Shown here piece by piece: positions 26,821 to 27,269 of a DNA stretch of 27,269 nt. Both the position numbers and the translations under genes were made by a program. Numbering within the stretch: the first letter of the stretch is position 1; every line of letters begins with the position of its first letter. The stretch lies in assembly GCA_964480435.1 (NCBI GenBank), contig CAYZSS010000011.1, forward strand, positions 1,524 to 28,792. The letters run 5' to 3'. Origin of the DNA: an uncultured archaeon (GTDB taxonomy: Archaea; Iainarchaeota; Iainarchaeia; Iainarchaeales; 0-14-0-20-30-16). The notes beneath the pieces were generated by a model. It was given only the letters and a program-made list of their open reading frames with translations. It was not told the DNA's origin and did no database searches.

Positions 26821-27269
26821 ATGCAAGATGATAAAACCGAAGCAGTGAATGAAGAAAAACTTGATTCGGCTGAACCATCAGAGGCTACCTCGACTATCCA
26901 GCAGGAAGTAGAGGAAATCAGGGAAGCTGTTGCCGGGGTTGTAAGCGAGACTTCACTTCCTGATAGGGTGGAATCCCTTCGCTCCAATATCGAGAGCTTA
27001 GGCGAAGAGGTACAAAGCTGGCGAACATGGCGAAAGAACACCTATGTAGAAGCTTTTGAGACCCTGAACAGTCAGGTGACCGAAATACAGGATGAATGGA
27101 ATACTGTATCTGCCAGCATGAAAACCCAGCACGAAAGATTAGAAAATGTCTTGCAATCATTTCCGGGAGTTATAGAAACCTCGACTCTGAAAGCGCTGTC
27201 CCTTCGCGTGACTCACCTTGAACAATTGGTATCGCAATTGTTTCAAGAATCGCAGGCAAAATCCAGTGC
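26821..27269 (+). CDS. Hypothetical acidic coiled-coil protein, 5' partial view (runs off the window)
   Basis: ATG 26821 is preceded by AGGAGGTG (26809-26816). There are 149 codons without a stop up to the window edge. Codon usage is GC-richer (TCG, CTG, GCG, CGC). The minus-strand track ORFs here are its shadows. Confidence 0.7.
   Translation, partial: MQDDKTEAVNEEKLDSAEPSEATSTIQQEVEEIREAVAGVVSETSLPDRVESLRSNIESLGEEVQSWRTWRKNTYVEAFETLNSQVTEIQDEWNTVSASMKTQHERLENVLQSFPGVIETSTLKALSLRVTHLEQLVSQLFQESQAKSS

Noticed and set aside
26466-27160. Four minus-strand ORFs: 26466-26660, 26602-26826, 26793-27041 and 26918-27160.
   Set aside because: They overlap one another and are antisense shadows of the + strand ORFs at 26462-26635 and 26821-27269. 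The latter has a strong SD and is open to the window edge.

Overview
Hand analysis only; no searches or folding programs were run. The window is an AT-rich archaeal chromosome segment; hand counts of typical lines give about 25-35% GC. The gene content and a divergent archaeal 16S-tRNAAla-23S operon suggest a small-genome, DPANN-like archaeon. That lineage call is inference.

Layout:
- 1-8.6 kb, + strand: a TrmB-type regulator, then a conserved information-processing cluster. It holds L7Ae, S28e, L24e (missing from the ORF track), aIF5B, S6e, aIF2-gamma, a PIN protein, RpoE'/Rpo7, Spt4, S24e, S27ae, a CPBP protease and Kae1.
- 8.6-15 kb: a GT4 glycosyltransferase, a membrane-anchored double-HKD PLD-like protein, and a minus-strand operon of PolB, an unknown 253-aa protein and MetAP.
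- 15-20 kb: lineage-specific genes. These are a coiled-coil protein, a signal-peptide/TM-anchored surface protein, an FCS-type zinc-ribbon protein, and an SNF-family transporter coupled to a GGDEF diguanylate cyclase.
- 20.3-25.8 kb: the rRNA operon.
- 26.1-27.3 kb: a compositionally different right edge.

Most notable observations:
1. An intact GGDEF cyclase sits in an archaeal context.
2. The 730-nt insertion in the 23S gene has classical group I P/Q/R/S elements rather than an archaeal bulge-helix-bulge design. It carries a single-motif LAGLIDADG gene at the I-CeuI-type site.
3. tRNA-Ala(UGC) has a 104-nt intron. The 3' 24 nt of that intron are 22/24 identical to the first 24 nt of the window.
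4. PolB carries substitutions at the steric-gate Tyr and the motif-B Asn.
5. A GC-rich unit of about 209 nt, bounded by a promoter and a terminator, lies at 26141-26349 and looks like an unclassified structured RNA.
6. Two sets of repeated operator-like motifs occur in intergenic regions.
7. GC content jumps sharply at the right edge, where the genes are orphans.

No CRISPR array, transposase, integrase or 5S rRNA was seen.
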